DNA of 38,473 nucleotides from an uncultured Candidatus Peribacteria bacterium (lineage in GTDB: Bacteria; Patescibacteriota; Gracilibacteria; UBA1369; PNNO01). Position 1 is the stretch's first letter; every line of letters starts with the position of its first letter. The stretch is taken from contig CAYFUK010000003.1 of assembly GCA_964346325.1 (NCBI GenBank), positions 1 through 38,473 on the forward strand, written 5' to 3'. The translations under genes were made by a program, and so were the position numbers. Of this stretch, positions 7,459 to 18,423 are shown in pieces. The notes below the pieces were generated by a model. It was given only the letters and a program-made list of their open reading frames with translations, was not told the DNA's origin and did no database searches.

Positions 7459-7993
7459 ACTTTTTAACAAGATCCAGAAAATATTCGTGTATTTTTGTAT
7501 TTGATGTAAGTTCGGGATGAAAAGTTGAAGCAAGGTAAGTATTCTGACTAACCAAAACAGGATCATTTAAAGAATTGGTGGCAAGAATTTTAACTTTTTT
7601 ACCTGTTTCGGTTATTTTTGGTGCTCTTATAAAAATTCCGTTTATTACTTCATCATTAAAATTAAATTTATCTTCAAAGCTTTCAAGTTGGCCGCCATAA
7701 GCGTTTCGTTTAATTTCCATATTAATAAGTCCAAGCTGAGCCAGAATGATTGCACCCGCACAAGTACCAAAAACAGGCGTTTCTTTTAAAAATATTTTAA
7801 AATCATCTAAAAGAAGATTCATCGTTGTACTTTCCCCTCCCGGAATAATCAAACCATTCACGAATTTTAAATCTTCAGGGGTTCTTACTTCCGATGTATT
7901 TATATTCATTTTATTCAAAATTGAAATATGTTCGGCAAAAGCACCCTGCAGAGCCAGTACCCCTATATTTAGTTTACCAGCCTCTTTCTGCAT
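7442..7993 (-). CDS. pdxT: Pyridoxal 5'-phosphate synthase glutaminase subunit (start may be 7993 or 8005)
   Basis: [30 protein letters not shown] and FHPEL; overlaps the end of pdxS. Confidence 0.95.
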   Translation of the reverse strand: MQKEAGKLNIGVLALQGAFAEHISILNKMNINTSEVRTPEDLKFVNGLIIPGGESTTMNLLLDDFKIFLKETPVFGTCAGAIILAQLGLINMEIKRNAYGGQLESFEDKFNFNDEVINGIFIRAPKITETGKKVKILATNSLNDPVLVSQNTYLASTFHPELTSNTKIHEYFLDLVKKFTRNL

Positions 7994-8849
7994 ATTTATG
8001 TTCAAGTTGATCTATTAATTTGCTTTCCATGGGTTCACCCAAATTTTCAGAAATCTTTGCCAATTTATCAGGATCATTAAAATTTGTTGTAGCCTTTACA
8101 ATTGCTTTGGCCCTTTTTTCAGGATCACCTGATTTAAAAATTCCCGAACCTACAAAAACACCATCAACACCAAGTTGCATCATCATTGCGGCGTCAGCAG
8201 GTGTTGCTATTCCTCCCGCAGCAAAATTAACTATCGGTAAACGTCCCATTTTACAAACTTCTTCAATCAAACTTACCGGAACCCTCTCTGCTTCAGCCCA
8301 TAATCCGCGATTTTTGGAGTCGGATTTTTTTAAAAATTCAATTTCTTTATTTACAGTTCGGGCATGACGAACAGCTTCAACAACATTTCCCGTACCTGCT
8401 TCGCCTTTTGTACGCATCATTGATGCTCCTTCGTTTATCCTGCGCAATGCCTCTCCCAAATAAGTACAACCGCAGACAAAAGGTATATCAAAATCACTTT
8501 TATTAATATGAAATTCTTCATCAGCCGGAGTCAAAACTTCGCTTTCATCTATATAATCTATGCCAAGCGCCTGCAAAATTTGTGCTTCTGCAAAATGTCC
8601 GATCCTCACTTTCGCCATAACCGGAATTGTAACCGCTTTATTTATTTCTTTAATAAGTTTCGGGTCAGTCATTCTTGCCACACCTCCTTGTTTTCTTATA
8701 TCCGACGGTACTCTTTCCAAAGCCATTACAGCACAAGCTCCGCTTTGTTCGGCAATTTTTGCCTGATCGGCAGTTACCACGTCCATAATTACTCCGCCTT
8801 TTAACATCTGAGCGAGACCCTTTTTTAATTTTGGGGTATTTTTCTTCAT
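7974..8849 (-). CDS. pdxS: Pyridoxal 5'-phosphate synthase lyase subunit
   Basis: [41 protein letters not shown] and C-terminal ERGW. Confidence 0.98.
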   Translation of the reverse strand: MKKNTPKLKKGLAQMLKGGVIMDVVTADQAKIAEQSGACAVMALERVPSDIRKQGGVARMTDPKLIKEINKAVTIPVMAKVRIGHFAEAQILQALGIDYIDESEVLTPADEEFHINKSDFDIPFVCGCTYLGEALRRINEGASMMRTKGEAGTGNVVEAVRHARTVNKEIEFLKKSDSKNRGLWAEAERVPVSLIEEVCKMGRLPIVNFAAGGIATPADAAMMMQLGVDGVFVGSGIFKSGDPEKRAKAIVKATTNFNDPDKLAKISENLGEPMESKLIDQLEHKYAERGW

Positions 8850-8974
8850 AAAATATTCATTAAAGGCAAAAGTATTATACTTAAACCTAATAAAGGAGCA
8901 ATGAAATTTATTCTTGATTTAAAATAAAAAATTTGTAAAATGGTAAACCTATAATTAATATTAATAAGTAAATA

Positions 8975-9166
8975 ATGGCTTCTACGGAAAATGAAACTGC
9001 GGATTGGGCGGAACTTGCAAGAAAATATGCAAACACAAATACTTTTAAAAAACTCGATGAAGAGGAATTAATGGAAGATGTTAAAACTGAAAAAAATAAT
9101 ACAAATGAAAAGGTAGCGGATACATTGGGAATAGTTACAAACGGTTTATCGCCTTTGGATTTATAA
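8975..9166 (+). CDS. Small acidic hypothetical protein
   Basis: 63-aa ORF filling the intergenic gap, ATG start, typical codon usage; no recognisable motif. Confidence 0.55.
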   Translation: MASTENETADWAELARKYANTNTFKKLDEEELMEDVKTEKNNTNEKVADTLGIVTNGLSPLDL

Positions 9167-9192
9167 TAGTTGTTTGCCTGAACAAAAAATAC

Positions 9193-9690
9193 TTAAAATT
9201 CCAATTCCATATAATACATATCTTCATTGTTGGTTTTTTGTGTCCCTTTGATTTCAAATCCGCTTTTTTTATAAACTTTCTGAGCGCCGGCATTATTAAA
9301 GTGACAGGTTAAATTTATTTTTTTTGCGTTTTTTTCTTCTTTGAGATATTTTTTTGCAACTTTAAAAGCATCTGTCGCATAGCCTTTTCCCCATTCTTCT
9401 TTTGCACCGATTACAATTCCGATTCTGAAATTATGATCAGAGTTATCAAGCTCATGAAACCCCACATTTCCGATTAATTTATCGTTATTTTTTTTAAAAA
9501 TACTCCAGACTTCTTCATTCGGATCATCTTGAATTTTTTTGATCCATTCGATCTCTTCTTCTATTGTTTGAGCTATCTTTAAACCAATCATATATTTATT
9601 TACTTCAGGATCATTTATCCATTTCAAAAAAACTTCAGCATGTTTAACCGAAATCGGTTTTAAATATATTTTATCTCCTTTGAGCTTCAT
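9193..9690 (-). CDS. GNAT N-acetyltransferase, RimJ/RimL-like
   Basis: W.ND.EV, LIGNVG, IG...EWGKGYAT and N..A.KVY.K.GF. Confidence 0.92.
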   Translation of the reverse strand: MKLKGDKIYLKPISVKHAEVFLKWINDPEVNKYMIGLKIAQTIEEEIEWIKKIQDDPNEEVWSIFKKNNDKLIGNVGFHELDNSDHNFRIGIVIGAKEEWGKGYATDAFKVAKKYLKEEKNAKKINLTCHFNNAGAQKVYKKSGFEIKGTQKTNNEDMYYMELEF

Positions 9691-9694
9691 ATTA

Positions 9695-10207
9695 TTAATT
9701 CAAAACATTTATGATGTAAGTTAAATAAGTGGCGAATCCCAGCCAAAATAAATAAGGCAATAAAAGCAAAGAAGCTATTTTTGAATGCTTCCATATTAAT
9801 ATCATCAACAATATAATTGTGGCTTCCAATAATAACATTTCGAATAATGCAATGTAAATTAAACGAAATGAGAAAAACAAAAGACTCCATAAAACATTCA
9901 AAACAGCATTAGCTGCAAATAAACCGATTATTAATTTGAAATCATGAGCTTTTCGTTTAAAAATAACCAAATAACGTTCTTCAAACTGAGGTTTGTTCCA
10001 AACCATCAAAGCTGATATTGTTGTACATAAAAATATTATATTCCATGCAATGGGAAAAACATAATTGGGCGGTGTTATATCGGGCCTGATTAGCTGTGTT
10101 TCATACCATTGCATTCCAAAGCTGTTAAACAAGCTGCCTAAAATAATTACCAAAACGGTTATAAGCGGAATAACAATGTAATTAGGTTTAAATATAAAAT
10201 TTTTCAT
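9695..10207 (-). CDS. TspO/MBR tryptophan-rich sensory protein
   Basis: WY..L.RP..TPPN.VFP.AW, LN..WS..FF and LLLPY..W..FA..L. Confidence 0.92.
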   Translation of the reverse strand: MKNFIFKPNYIVIPLITVLVIILGSLFNSFGMQWYETQLIRPDITPPNYVFPIAWNIIFLCTTISALMVWNKPQFEERYLVIFKRKAHDFKLIIGLFAANAVLNVLWSLLFFSFRLIYIALFEMLLLEATIILLMILIWKHSKIASLLLLPYLFWLGFATYLTYIINVLN

Positions 10208-10374
10208 TGACTCTAAAGTTAATAATTTATTTAATCATATTATACCATAATTTTGACTAATATTAGCCTTTAAAGTGGAAAGAAAATATGATATAATAAA
10301 CAGATTTCAGAATGATTGTTCGATAAGATTTAGTTGGATTGCAGTAAGACTGCTTATATTGTCAAAAATAAAAA

Positions 10375-11595
10375 ATGAAAATAAAAATTTTAATGTTCGG
10401 ATGGGAATTCCCTCCGAATAACAGCGGCGGCTTGGGTGTAGCTTGTAAAGGAATTGTTGACGGTTTGTTGGAATCGGGAATTAATGTTGATTTAATACTG
10501 CCCGACTATAATAAAAATTTACCGGGTTATTGTAAGAATTTAAAAAATCATTTAACCGAAGGAGAATTAAAAACAATTCCTTTAAAATTACTCAGTACAT
10601 CGGTTTATATTTCAAATGAAGAATATAATGAAAAAATTAAAAATTATAAACCGGGTAAAAACTTTTTAAAATCGGATAATTTGGTAAATGATGCTGTTAT
10701 TTACGGCAAAATGGCTTCAAAAATCGCTTTAAAACTTCCGCATGATTTAATCCATGTTCATGACTGGCTTACGATTCCCGCCGGTGTAGAAGCAAAAAAT
10801 CACTCGGGTAAACCGCTTGTAATACATGTTCATTCAACGGAATTTGACAGATCCGGAGGCAATCCAAATCCCGCTGTATATAAAATTGAAAAAAGCGGTT
10901 TTAAAAATGCTGATTTGATAATTGCGGTAAGCAATTACACAAAACAAAAAATAATCAAACACTACGGAATTGAAGAAGAAAAAATTAAAGTTGTTCATAA
11001 CGGTATCAATCAGACACTGAAAGAAAAATATAATCCGCATCCGCTCGGTGAAAAAAATAAAATTGTGCTTTTTCTCGGAAGAATAACAATACAAAAAGGG
11101 CCGGATTATTTTGTTGAAATGGCTAAAAAAGTTCTGAATAAAATCAAAAATGTGAGGTTTGTAATAGCGGGCAGCGGAGACATGATGAATGAAATAATAA
11201 GTAAAGCCATAAATCTGGGTATTGAAAAAAATGTTATTTTTACGGGATTTTTAAAAGGAGGCGATATTGATAAGGCTTTTCAACAGGCTGATGTATACGT
11301 AATGCCTTCTATTTCAGAACCTTTCGGTTTAACTCCTTTGGAATCGATTCAAAACGGTACTCCGGTTATTATTTCAAAACAATCCGGAGTAAGCGAAGTT
11401 TTGCATAACGCATTAAGAATAGATTTTTGGGACGTTGATGAAATGGCCAATAAAGTTATTTCAATCTTAAAATATCCCGCATTAACAAAAACATTAAAAG
11501 TAAATTCCGAGAATGAAATAAAAAATTTTTCATGGCAAAAAGCATCAAATAATTTAAAAAACTTATATATTAACCTGATTAATAAACATGTATAA
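10375..11595 (+). CDS. GT4 glycosyltransferase (glycogen-synthase-like)
   Basis: GWEFPP..SGGLG, HVHDW, HVHSTEFDR, GRIT.QKG and PS.SEPFGL..LE. Confidence 0.93.
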   Translation: MKIKILMFGWEFPPNNSGGLGVACKGIVDGLLESGINVDLILPDYNKNLPGYCKNLKNHLTEGELKTIPLKLLSTSVYISNEEYNEKIKNYKPGKNFLKSDNLVNDAVIYGKMASKIALKLPHDLIHVHDWLTIPAGVEAKNHSGKPLVIHVHSTEFDRSGGNPNPAVYKIEKSGFKNADLIIAVSNYTKQKIIKHYGIEEEKIKVVHNGINQTLKEKYNPHPLGEKNKIVLFLGRITIQKGPDYFVEMAKKVLNKIKNVRFVIAGSGDMMNEIISKAINLGIEKNVIFTGFLKGGDIDKAFQQADVYVMPSISEPFGLTPLESIQNGTPVIISKQSGVSEVLHNALRIDFWDVDEMANKVISILKYPALTKTLKVNSENEIKNFSWQKASNNLKNLYINLINKHV

Positions 11596-12856
11596 AAAAC
11601 AAAAAACAATTTGCATGTATTTTCAGGTCCATCAGCCGTACAGAGTAAGTAATTTCTCTCATTTTGATATAGGTAAAAAGGATTCGGATTATTTTAACGG
11701 ACCTTTTAACTTTGCAAATAAAGACATATTTGAAAAAGTGGCATTAAAATGCTACCTGCCTACAAATAAAATACTTCTGGAACTTCTGAACAAATATCCC
11801 GATTTCAAATTAAGTTTTTCAATATCCGGAATATTTCTGGAACAATGTATGGAATTCGGAGATATGGGAAAACAGGTTTTAGATAGTTTTAAAGCTCTTG
11901 TAAAAACAAAAAAAGTTGAATTATTATCGGAAACTTATCACCATTCTCTGGCCTATTTTTATTCAAAAAAAGAATTTGCCGAACAAATAAAAGAGCATCG
12001 TGAGTTAATTTATAAAATTTTTAAAAAGAAAACAAATGTATTCAGACATACCGAACTTATTTACAATAACGAAATTGCGAATTTTATAAAAAAAATTGGT
12101 TTTGAAGGAATTCTTGCGGAGGGATGGGATGAAATATTAGACGGAAGAAGTCCGAATCATATTTATGAACCATTAAATTGCGAATTGCATAAAGAAGATA
12201 AAAAACTCGCAAAACAATATGCAATCCGAAAAAGATTTCCTCAAAATTTCAGATTGCTTTTAAAAAATTATAAACTATCAGACGATATTGCGTTCCGATT
12301 TTCACAAAAATCATGGGAAAGCTATCCATTAACGGCTGACAAATTCGCGGCATGGCTGGATACTGCCGAAGGAGAAACAATAAATTTATTCCTTGATTAT
12401 GAAACTTTCGGTGAACATCAGTGGGAAGACACGGGTATTTTCAATTTTTTAAAACATCTGCCCGAAGAATTAATAAACAGGAATATCAGATTCAAAACAG
12501 TAACTGAGACTATGCGAAGTTATGACAGTAATGGAGAAATCGATATACATCATCCCCTTTCATGGGCTGACACCGAAAGAGATTTATCAGCGTGGTTCGG
12601 TAATGATTTACAGGAATCTTCAATCTCCTCGGTTTTTGAACTTGAACCTTTAATCAATAAAAAGAAATCCAAAGAGATTAAAAACAAATGGAGAAAACTT
12701 CAGACTTCGGATCATTTTTATTATATGTGCACAAAATATTTTAATGACGGAGATGTGCATAAATACTTCTCCCCTTTTGAAACACCTTATGATGCATATA
12801 TAAATTATATGAATATACTTACGGATTTTAGAAATAACCTTGAAAACAATGCCTAG
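11588..12856 (+). CDS. GH57 alpha-amylase/glucan-active enzyme
   Basis: FQVHQP, SETYHHSL, TELIY, DYETFGEHQW, SWADTERD and QTSDHFYYM. Confidence 0.95.
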   Translation: MYKKQKTICMYFQVHQPYRVSNFSHFDIGKKDSDYFNGPFNFANKDIFEKVALKCYLPTNKILLELLNKYPDFKLSFSISGIFLEQCMEFGDMGKQVLDSFKALVKTKKVELLSETYHHSLAYFYSKKEFAEQIKEHRELIYKIFKKKTNVFRHTELIYNNEIANFIKKIGFEGILAEGWDEILDGRSPNHIYEPLNCELHKEDKKLAKQYAIRKRFPQNFRLLLKNYKLSDDIAFRFSQKSWESYPLTADKFAAWLDTAEGETINLFLDYETFGEHQWEDTGIFNFLKHLPEELINRNIRFKTVTETMRSYDSNGEIDIHHPLSWADTERDLSAWFGNDLQESSISSVFELEPLINKKKSKEIKNKWRKLQTSDHFYYMCTKYFNDGDVHKYFSPFETPYDAYINYMNILTDFRNNLENNA

Positions 12857-14855
12857 AAGCGCGGTAGTCGGTAACGGTAACATGCTTGTAACGCTTGATA
12901 ATAATCTTTCAATTCGGGATTTGTATTTCCCTCATGTGGGTCTTGAAGATCATACCTCTTACCAGCATTTTCACAGACTCGGTGTGTTTGAAAACAATGA
13001 ATTAAGCTGGCTTAATAGCGGAGAATGGGAATCTGAAGTGGGATATATCAAAAATACATTAATAACCAAAAACAAAACAACAAATAAACGTCTCGGTTTG
13101 AGTTTTATTTTCAATGATTTTGTATACCCGACAAAAAATGTTTTTATAAGAAAAATTGAATTCTTTAATAACCGGGATGAAGACAGATATATTAAATTCT
13201 ATGTTAATCAGGATTTTGATGTATATGGAAACAAATTAAAAGATACCGCACTTTTGGATGCCGATACAAATGGTATATTGCATTACAGGCAATTAAGATA
13301 TTTTTTGGTAAATGGGCAGTCACATTTTGGAGGATTGTCCGGTTATACAACAGGCAAGGCCGAATACCTGAATTTTGAGGGAACATGGCGCGATGCCGAA
13401 GACGGAAAGCTTGAAGGCAATCCGATTGATCAGGGATCAGTGGACTCAACAATCGAATTTGAATTGCATATTAAAGCAAATTCATCTGAAACTTTGTATC
13501 TTTGGTATGCGGCAGGTAAAAACTATAAACAGGTAAAATTTTTAAATGATTATGTTTTAAAAAATACTCCCGAACGACTTATGGAAAATGCGATTCACTA
13601 TTGGAGAAGCTGGGTAAATAAGAGCCATCAACTTGAATCAACCGACTTATCGAATTCGGTTAAAGAGCTTTTTAAAAGAAGTTTATTAACAATAAGAACG
13701 CAAATTGATAACGAAGGAGGTATTTTAGCGGCAAATGATTCGGATATTATGAAATTCAATAAAGATACATATACATATGTTTGGCCACGCGACGGTGCCT
13801 ATGTTTGCAATGCGCTTGATGAAGCGGGTTACGGAGAAGTATCAAAACGTTTTTACAGGTTCTGTGCAAAAGTGATAACAGAAGAAGGTTATTTATTACA
13901 TAAATATAATCCGGATGGATCCTGGGGATCATCATGGCATCCGTGGATAAATGAACATGGGGAAAAAATACTTCCGATTCAGGAAGATGAAACAGCATTG
14001 GTTTTAATAGCGATATGGAGAAATTATGAAAAATACCATGATATTGAATTTCTACAGGAAATATATAATTCTTTTGTTTTTAAAGCAGCCGCCTTTTTAA
14101 TTAAATTTATTGATAAAAAAACGGGTCTGCCAAAACCGAGTTATGATCTATGGGAAGAAAGACGAAGTATATACGCTTATACGGTTGCAGCTACTTACAG
14201 CGGTTTAATTTCGGCTATAAAAATAGCCGAAACTCTGGGCAGGCATGCAAAAGTTCCCAAATACAAGAAAGTCGCTGATAAAATAAAAAAAGTTTTTGAT
14301 GATTATTTTTATGATAAAGAATTAAACAGATATATAAAATGTGTGGATATCGAAGACGGAAAAACTGTCAATCGTGATACAACAATTGATGCAAGTATTC
14401 TCGCATTATCATTTCTGGATTTTATTGATTATAATGATCCCAAAATAATCAATACGGCAAAAGCTTTAAAAGATGCACTATGGATAAACACCGATGTAGG
14501 AGGCATGGCAAGATATCAAAATGACAATTATCAGCGTCCGCCCGGAACCGAAGGAATACCCGGAAATCCATGGATACTAACCACCTTATGGTATGCGGAT
14601 TATTTAATAGCTATATCAAAAAATTCATCAGAACTGCATGAAGCAAAAGAATTAATAGAATGGGCGGCAGGGCATGCAAACAAAGCGGGTATGCTTCCGG
14701 AACAACTTAATCCTCTGACAGGTGAGCATCTTTCGGTTTCACCGTTAACATGGAGCCATGCCCAGTTTATTCAAACACTAATAAACTATGACAAGAAATG
14801 GCACAAATTCAATATTCTTATAGAAAAAGGATATGAAGAAAACCTTAGGCAATAA
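12849..14855 (+). CDS. GH15 glucoamylase-family glycoside hydrolase
   Basis: YTYVWPRDG, QEDETA, DLWEER and LPEQ...SVSPLTWSHA; ATG at 12849 overlaps the GH57 stop. Confidence 0.93.
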   Translation: MPRSAVVGNGNMLVTLDNNLSIRDLYFPHVGLEDHTSYQHFHRLGVFENNELSWLNSGEWESEVGYIKNTLITKNKTTNKRLGLSFIFNDFVYPTKNVFIRKIEFFNNRDEDRYIKFYVNQDFDVYGNKLKDTALLDADTNGILHYRQLRYFLVNGQSHFGGLSGYTTGKAEYLNFEGTWRDAEDGKLEGNPIDQGSVDSTIEFELHIKANSSETLYLWYAAGKNYKQVKFLNDYVLKNTPERLMENAIHYWRSWVNKSHQLESTDLSNSVKELFKRSLLTIRTQIDNEGGILAANDSDIMKFNKDTYTYVWPRDGAYVCNALDEAGYGEVSKRFYRFCAKVITEEGYLLHKYNPDGSWGSSWHPWINEHGEKILPIQEDETALVLIAIWRNYEKYHDIEFLQEIYNSFVFKAAAFLIKFIDKKTGLPKPSYDLWEERRSIYAYTVAATYSGLISAIKIAETLGRHAKVPKYKKVADKIKKVFDDYFYDKELNRYIKCVDIEDGKTVNRDTTIDASILALSFLDFIDYNDPKIINTAKALKDALWINTDVGGMARYQNDNYQRPPGTEGIPGNPWILTTLWYADYLIAISKNSSELHEAKELIEWAAGHANKAGMLPEQLNPLTGEHLSVSPLTWSHAQFIQTLINYDKKWHKFNILIEKGYEENLRQ

Positions 14856-15447
14856 TCTTTTCTAAACGATTTGCAACTTCATTCCAGTTAACTATGTCCC
14901 AGAATGCGTTTATAAAATCACCGCGTTTATTTTCATAATCAAGATAATATGCGTGTTCCCATACATCAACAACCATTAAAATACCAAAACTCGGAAAAAC
15001 ACTATCATTGTGCTTTTCAACCTGCATAATTATGGGACGTTCCGTGTTCTTACAATAAGTCAGCGCAGCCCAGCCCGAACCTTCAACTGATTTTGCGGCT
15101 TCGGCAAATTCTTCTTTAAACCTTTCAATGCTTCCGTATTCTTCTTCTAAAGCTTCTTTTAATTTTCCTTCCGGTTCTCCGCCTTCCCCCTTCGGAGCCA
15201 TATTCTTCCAGAAAAGACCATGCAAAATATGTCCGCCAATATTAAAACTCAAAGCTTTTAATAAGGCTTTCATGTCAGGACTATCATTGTCTTCACGCTC
15301 ATCTTCCAGTTCTTCCAGAATGCTGTTTGCACCTTTTACATAACCTTTGTGATGCACGTCGTGATGCAAAGTCAGAAGTTTTTTTGAAATAACCGGTTCC
15401 AAAGCATCGTAATCATAAGGTAATCCGGGAAGTTCGTATTTGTTCAT
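14845..15447 (-). CDS. sod: Fe/Mn superoxide dismutase
   Basis: LPY.YDALEP, HH..HH..YV, H.LFW, GSGW and DVWEHAYY. Confidence 0.97.
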   Translation of the reverse strand: MNKYELPGLPYDYDALEPVISKKLLTLHHDVHHKGYVKGANSILEELEDEREDNDSPDMKALLKALSFNIGGHILHGLFWKNMAPKGEGGEPEGKLKEALEEEYGSIERFKEEFAEAAKSVEGSGWAALTYCKNTERPIIMQVEKHNDSVFPSFGILMVVDVWEHAYYLDYENKRGDFINAFWDIVNWNEVANRLEKIIA

Positions 15448-15510
15448 GAGTTATTATGTTAGATTGTTTAAATCAACCTAACATACAAAATACTTTAAGA
15501 TCAAAAAAAA

Positions 15511-16479
15511 TTATTTTTCTTCTTCCATTTTAATTGCTTCTGAAACATTGTCTTTAACCCGTTTGATTTTATCCTCCTGTTTAGTTTGCTCTTTATCCGA
15601 TGAATTATCCTCTGAAACTGTTTTAATATTTTCCGCTTTTTTTTTGTTTTGTTCTTCTTCCATAGTCATTGCTTCAGAAACATTTTTTTTAACTTCTTCC
15701 ATTTTTTTAACGGCTTTTTTGGCTTTTTGTTCCGCGGCCTTCATTTCTTTCAGATCTTCCGCTTCTTCAACCTTCTTTTGTATCTCTCCTTTACTCTTAT
15801 GGAATTTGAGTAATGAAAAAACAACCAGACTTCCTACAATAATTCCTACCAGATTAAGCAAATAAATAATCAAATAATAACGCGCTGTTTCAAACGAAAA
15901 AATCCCGATATTGATTCCAAGTAAACTTAATGGCGGAACCAGAGAAACAGCAATTGAAACACCGGGTAAAATATCCGAGACTTCTTTTCTTACCCATGCA
16001 AAAGTAGCGGCAATTCCGGAAGCCGAAGCAACAATAAAATATAAAATCGCGGTTCTTAAGTCATTAACAAAAATCTGTTCAATCTCACTTGTTCCAAAAA
16101 TCAAAGTTAAAGCAGCGGAAGCCAGAATAGTTAAAAGCGTAGACTTTAATATGAGCATTAAAGGGCCTTTTACAGCTTTTAATTCCGCAGCTGTAATTCC
16201 CAAAGAAATAACCAGAATAGGTGTTAAAATAGGTGTAACCAGCATACCTCCGATTACAATCGGAGCATTTTGTAAAAGCAAACCCGTTGTTACTATAAAA
16301 ATTGATAAAACAAGCAAAGTATAATAAACAGAGCTTGGCTGGCTCTGTTCAAAAAGTTCATCAATCGTTTTAAATTTAGCATGAGCTTTTATTTTTAGTA
16401 TTTCGCCTTTCTCAGCTATTTTATGCTTTTTTTCCTGTTTTTCTTTATCGTAAAATTCAGGATACTGATTATCATTCAT
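15511..16479 (-). CDS. DUF389/TIGR00341-type membrane protein with charged coiled-coil tail
   Basis: GLL..AP.VIGGML.TP, LPGVSIAVSLVPPL and 7 predicted TM segments. Confidence 0.85.
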   Translation of the reverse strand: MNDNQYPEFYDKEKQEKKHKIAEKGEILKIKAHAKFKTIDELFEQSQPSSVYYTLLVLSIFIVTTGLLLQNAPIVIGGMLVTPILTPILVISLGITAAELKAVKGPLMLILKSTLLTILASAALTLIFGTSEIEQIFVNDLRTAILYFIVASASGIAATFAWVRKEVSDILPGVSIAVSLVPPLSLLGINIGIFSFETARYYLIIYLLNLVGIIVGSLVVFSLLKFHKSKGEIQKKVEEAEDLKEMKAAEQKAKKAVKKMEEVKKNVSEAMTMEEEQNKKKAENIKTVSEDNSSDKEQTKQEDKIKRVKDNVSEAIKMEEEK

Positions 16480-16551
16480 TTAGAAATAATTATTGTTAAT
16501 TCTTTATATAATAGCACAAATAAGCCAAAAAGTCACGAATTAAATAACCAA

Positions 16552-17382
16552 TTAACGCTTCCAGAGTTTACGTGTAATTCTGTCCAGAACCATAGCTAAA
16601 AGTACAATACCCAAGCCGCTTGCTATCCCCTGCCCCACTTTTAACCTCATAATGCCCCGCAATACTTCCTGTCCCAATCCTTCGGCACCGATCATTGAAG
16701 CAACAACAACCATTGAAAGTGAGAGCATTATGGCCTGATTTATACCCATCATTATAGAAGGCATTGCCAACGGAATTTCAACTTTTGTCAAAAACTGCCA
16801 TGGAGACGCTCCAAAAGCATGTGCGGCCTCTTTAAGTTCTTTTGAAACCTGTTCGATACCAAGGCTGGTTAATCTTACAGCCGGAGGGGTGGCAAATATA
16901 AAAGTAGATACAATCCCCGGAACATTTCCGATTGAAAAAAACAATACAGCCGGAATTAAATAAACAAACAAAGGCATGGTCTGCATAAAATCAAGAATCG
17001 GATCGAGTATATGCATCGCCACCTTATTATGAGCTTTTAAAATTCCCAAAGGAACACCTATTATTAAAGAAAAGAATGTTGCTGTAAGCACTAAAGAAAG
17101 AGTCACCATCGTCTCGGGCCAATAGCCCATCATACCTATAACAATTAAAGCCAAACCAACAAAAACAGCCAATCTTATTTTGCCTAAAAAATAACCGGCA
17201 ACAGTTAAAATTAATACAATTACAAAATCCGGTACAGAAGTTAAAACAAATTCCAGCGGATTCAAAAGTCCGTTAATCAGAAGTGCTATAAAATCAAATA
17301 ATAAATCAAAATTTGCATTAAGCCAGTTAATAAATATTTCAGCTCCTTCTTCAATCGGCAGATATGGCAATAAATCAAACAT
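16552..17382 (-). CDS. opuAB: Glycine betaine/proline ABC transporter permease
   Basis: PILDFMQTMP, PPAVRLT.LGI, EAA.AFG, MMGINQ and ASMIGA.GLG. Confidence 0.93.
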   Translation of the reverse strand: MFDLLPYLPIEEGAEIFINWLNANFDLLFDFIALLINGLLNPLEFVLTSVPDFVIVLILTVAGYFLGKIRLAVFVGLALIVIGMMGYWPETMVTLSLVLTATFFSLIIGVPLGILKAHNKVAMHILDPILDFMQTMPLFVYLIPAVLFFSIGNVPGIVSTFIFATPPAVRLTSLGIEQVSKELKEAAHAFGASPWQFLTKVEIPLAMPSIMMGINQAIMLSLSMVVVASMIGAEGLGQEVLRGIMRLKVGQGIASGLGIVLLAMVLDRITRKLWKR

Positions 17383-17385
17383 AAA

Positions 17386-18420
17386 TTATTTTTTTAGTAT
17401 TTTAGCCACTGAATCCTGATCAACTTTTCCAACTAAATTACCTTTATTATCTACAACTTCAACAGGTTTATCCGAAGTCATTAAATACGGGATGGCATCT
17501 TTTAAAGGCTGCAAAAGATTAATTGTATTTTTTGTTTCAGGTTTGTTTTTGCCCGTAACTTTTTGCATGATTGTTTCAATTCTGAGTGCCGAAGGCCTGT
17601 CTACATCCTGAACAAACTCCTCAACATAGTCGTCAGCGGGATTAAGAAGTATATCTGCGGGTTTATCAACCTGAACAAGTTGTCCCTGAGGATTCAGGAT
17701 GGCAATCCTATCCCCGAGCCTTATGGCTTCGTTTAAATCATGGGTTACAAATACAGTTGTCATATTCATTTTATTTTGAAGACGCAAAAGTTCTTCCTGC
17801 ATTTTAACTCTTATTAAAGGGTCCAGTGCACTAAAAGGTTCATCCATTAATAAAACTTCGGGGTCAACCGCCAGAGCCCTTGCAAGTCCCACTCTTTGCT
17901 GCATACCGCCGCTCAACGAATCAATCTTTTCTTTCTCCCAGCCTTCAAGACCAACCTGTGTAAGCACTTTTTCGCTTCGCTCTTTTCTCTCCCCGCGTTG
18001 AACACCCTGAAGCTCCAATCCGAACTGAACATTTTCCAAAACAGTCCTGTGCGGGAACAAAGCAAAATGCTGAAAAACCATTCCGAAAATTTTACGGCGC
18101 AATTCAATTAATTTTTTTGAATTCAAATCGGTTATATCTTTGCCTCTTATATTTATTGAACCTTTGGTTGGTTCATGAAGCCTTGCCAAACAGCGTAAAA
18201 GTGTACTTTTACCGCAACCCGAAAGGCCCATAATCACAAATATTTCTCCTTCGTTTACCTCAAAATTTATATCGCGCAGTGCAACCAGATGTTGAGTTTT
18301 CTTTTGTATATCAGAACGGGAAGCTCCCTGACTAACCAGATCAAGACTTTTTGCCGGCTTACCGCCGAAAACCTTATAAAGGTTTTTGACACTGATTGTG
18401 GGAGCTTTATTCCCGTTCAC
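17386..18420 (-). CDS. opuAA: Glycine betaine ABC transporter ATP-binding subunit
   Basis: GLSGCGKST, LSGGMQQRVGLARAL and MDEPFSALDPLIR; short C-terminus; GTG start. Confidence 0.93.
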   Translation of the reverse strand: MNGNKAPTISVKNLYKVFGGKPAKSLDLVSQGASRSDIQKKTQHLVALRDINFEVNEGEIFVIMGLSGCGKSTLLRCLARLHEPTKGSINIRGKDITDLNSKKLIELRRKIFGMVFQHFALFPHRTVLENVQFGLELQGVQRGERKERSEKVLTQVGLEGWEKEKIDSLSGGMQQRVGLARALAVDPEVLLMDEPFSALDPLIRVKMQEELLRLQNKMNMTTVFVTHDLNEAIRLGDRIAILNPQGQLVQVDKPADILLNPADDYVEEFVQDVDRPSALRIETIMQKVTGKNKPETKNTINLLQPLKDAIPYLMTSDKPVEVVDNKGNLVGKVDQDSVAKILKK

Positions 18421-18423
18421 AAT

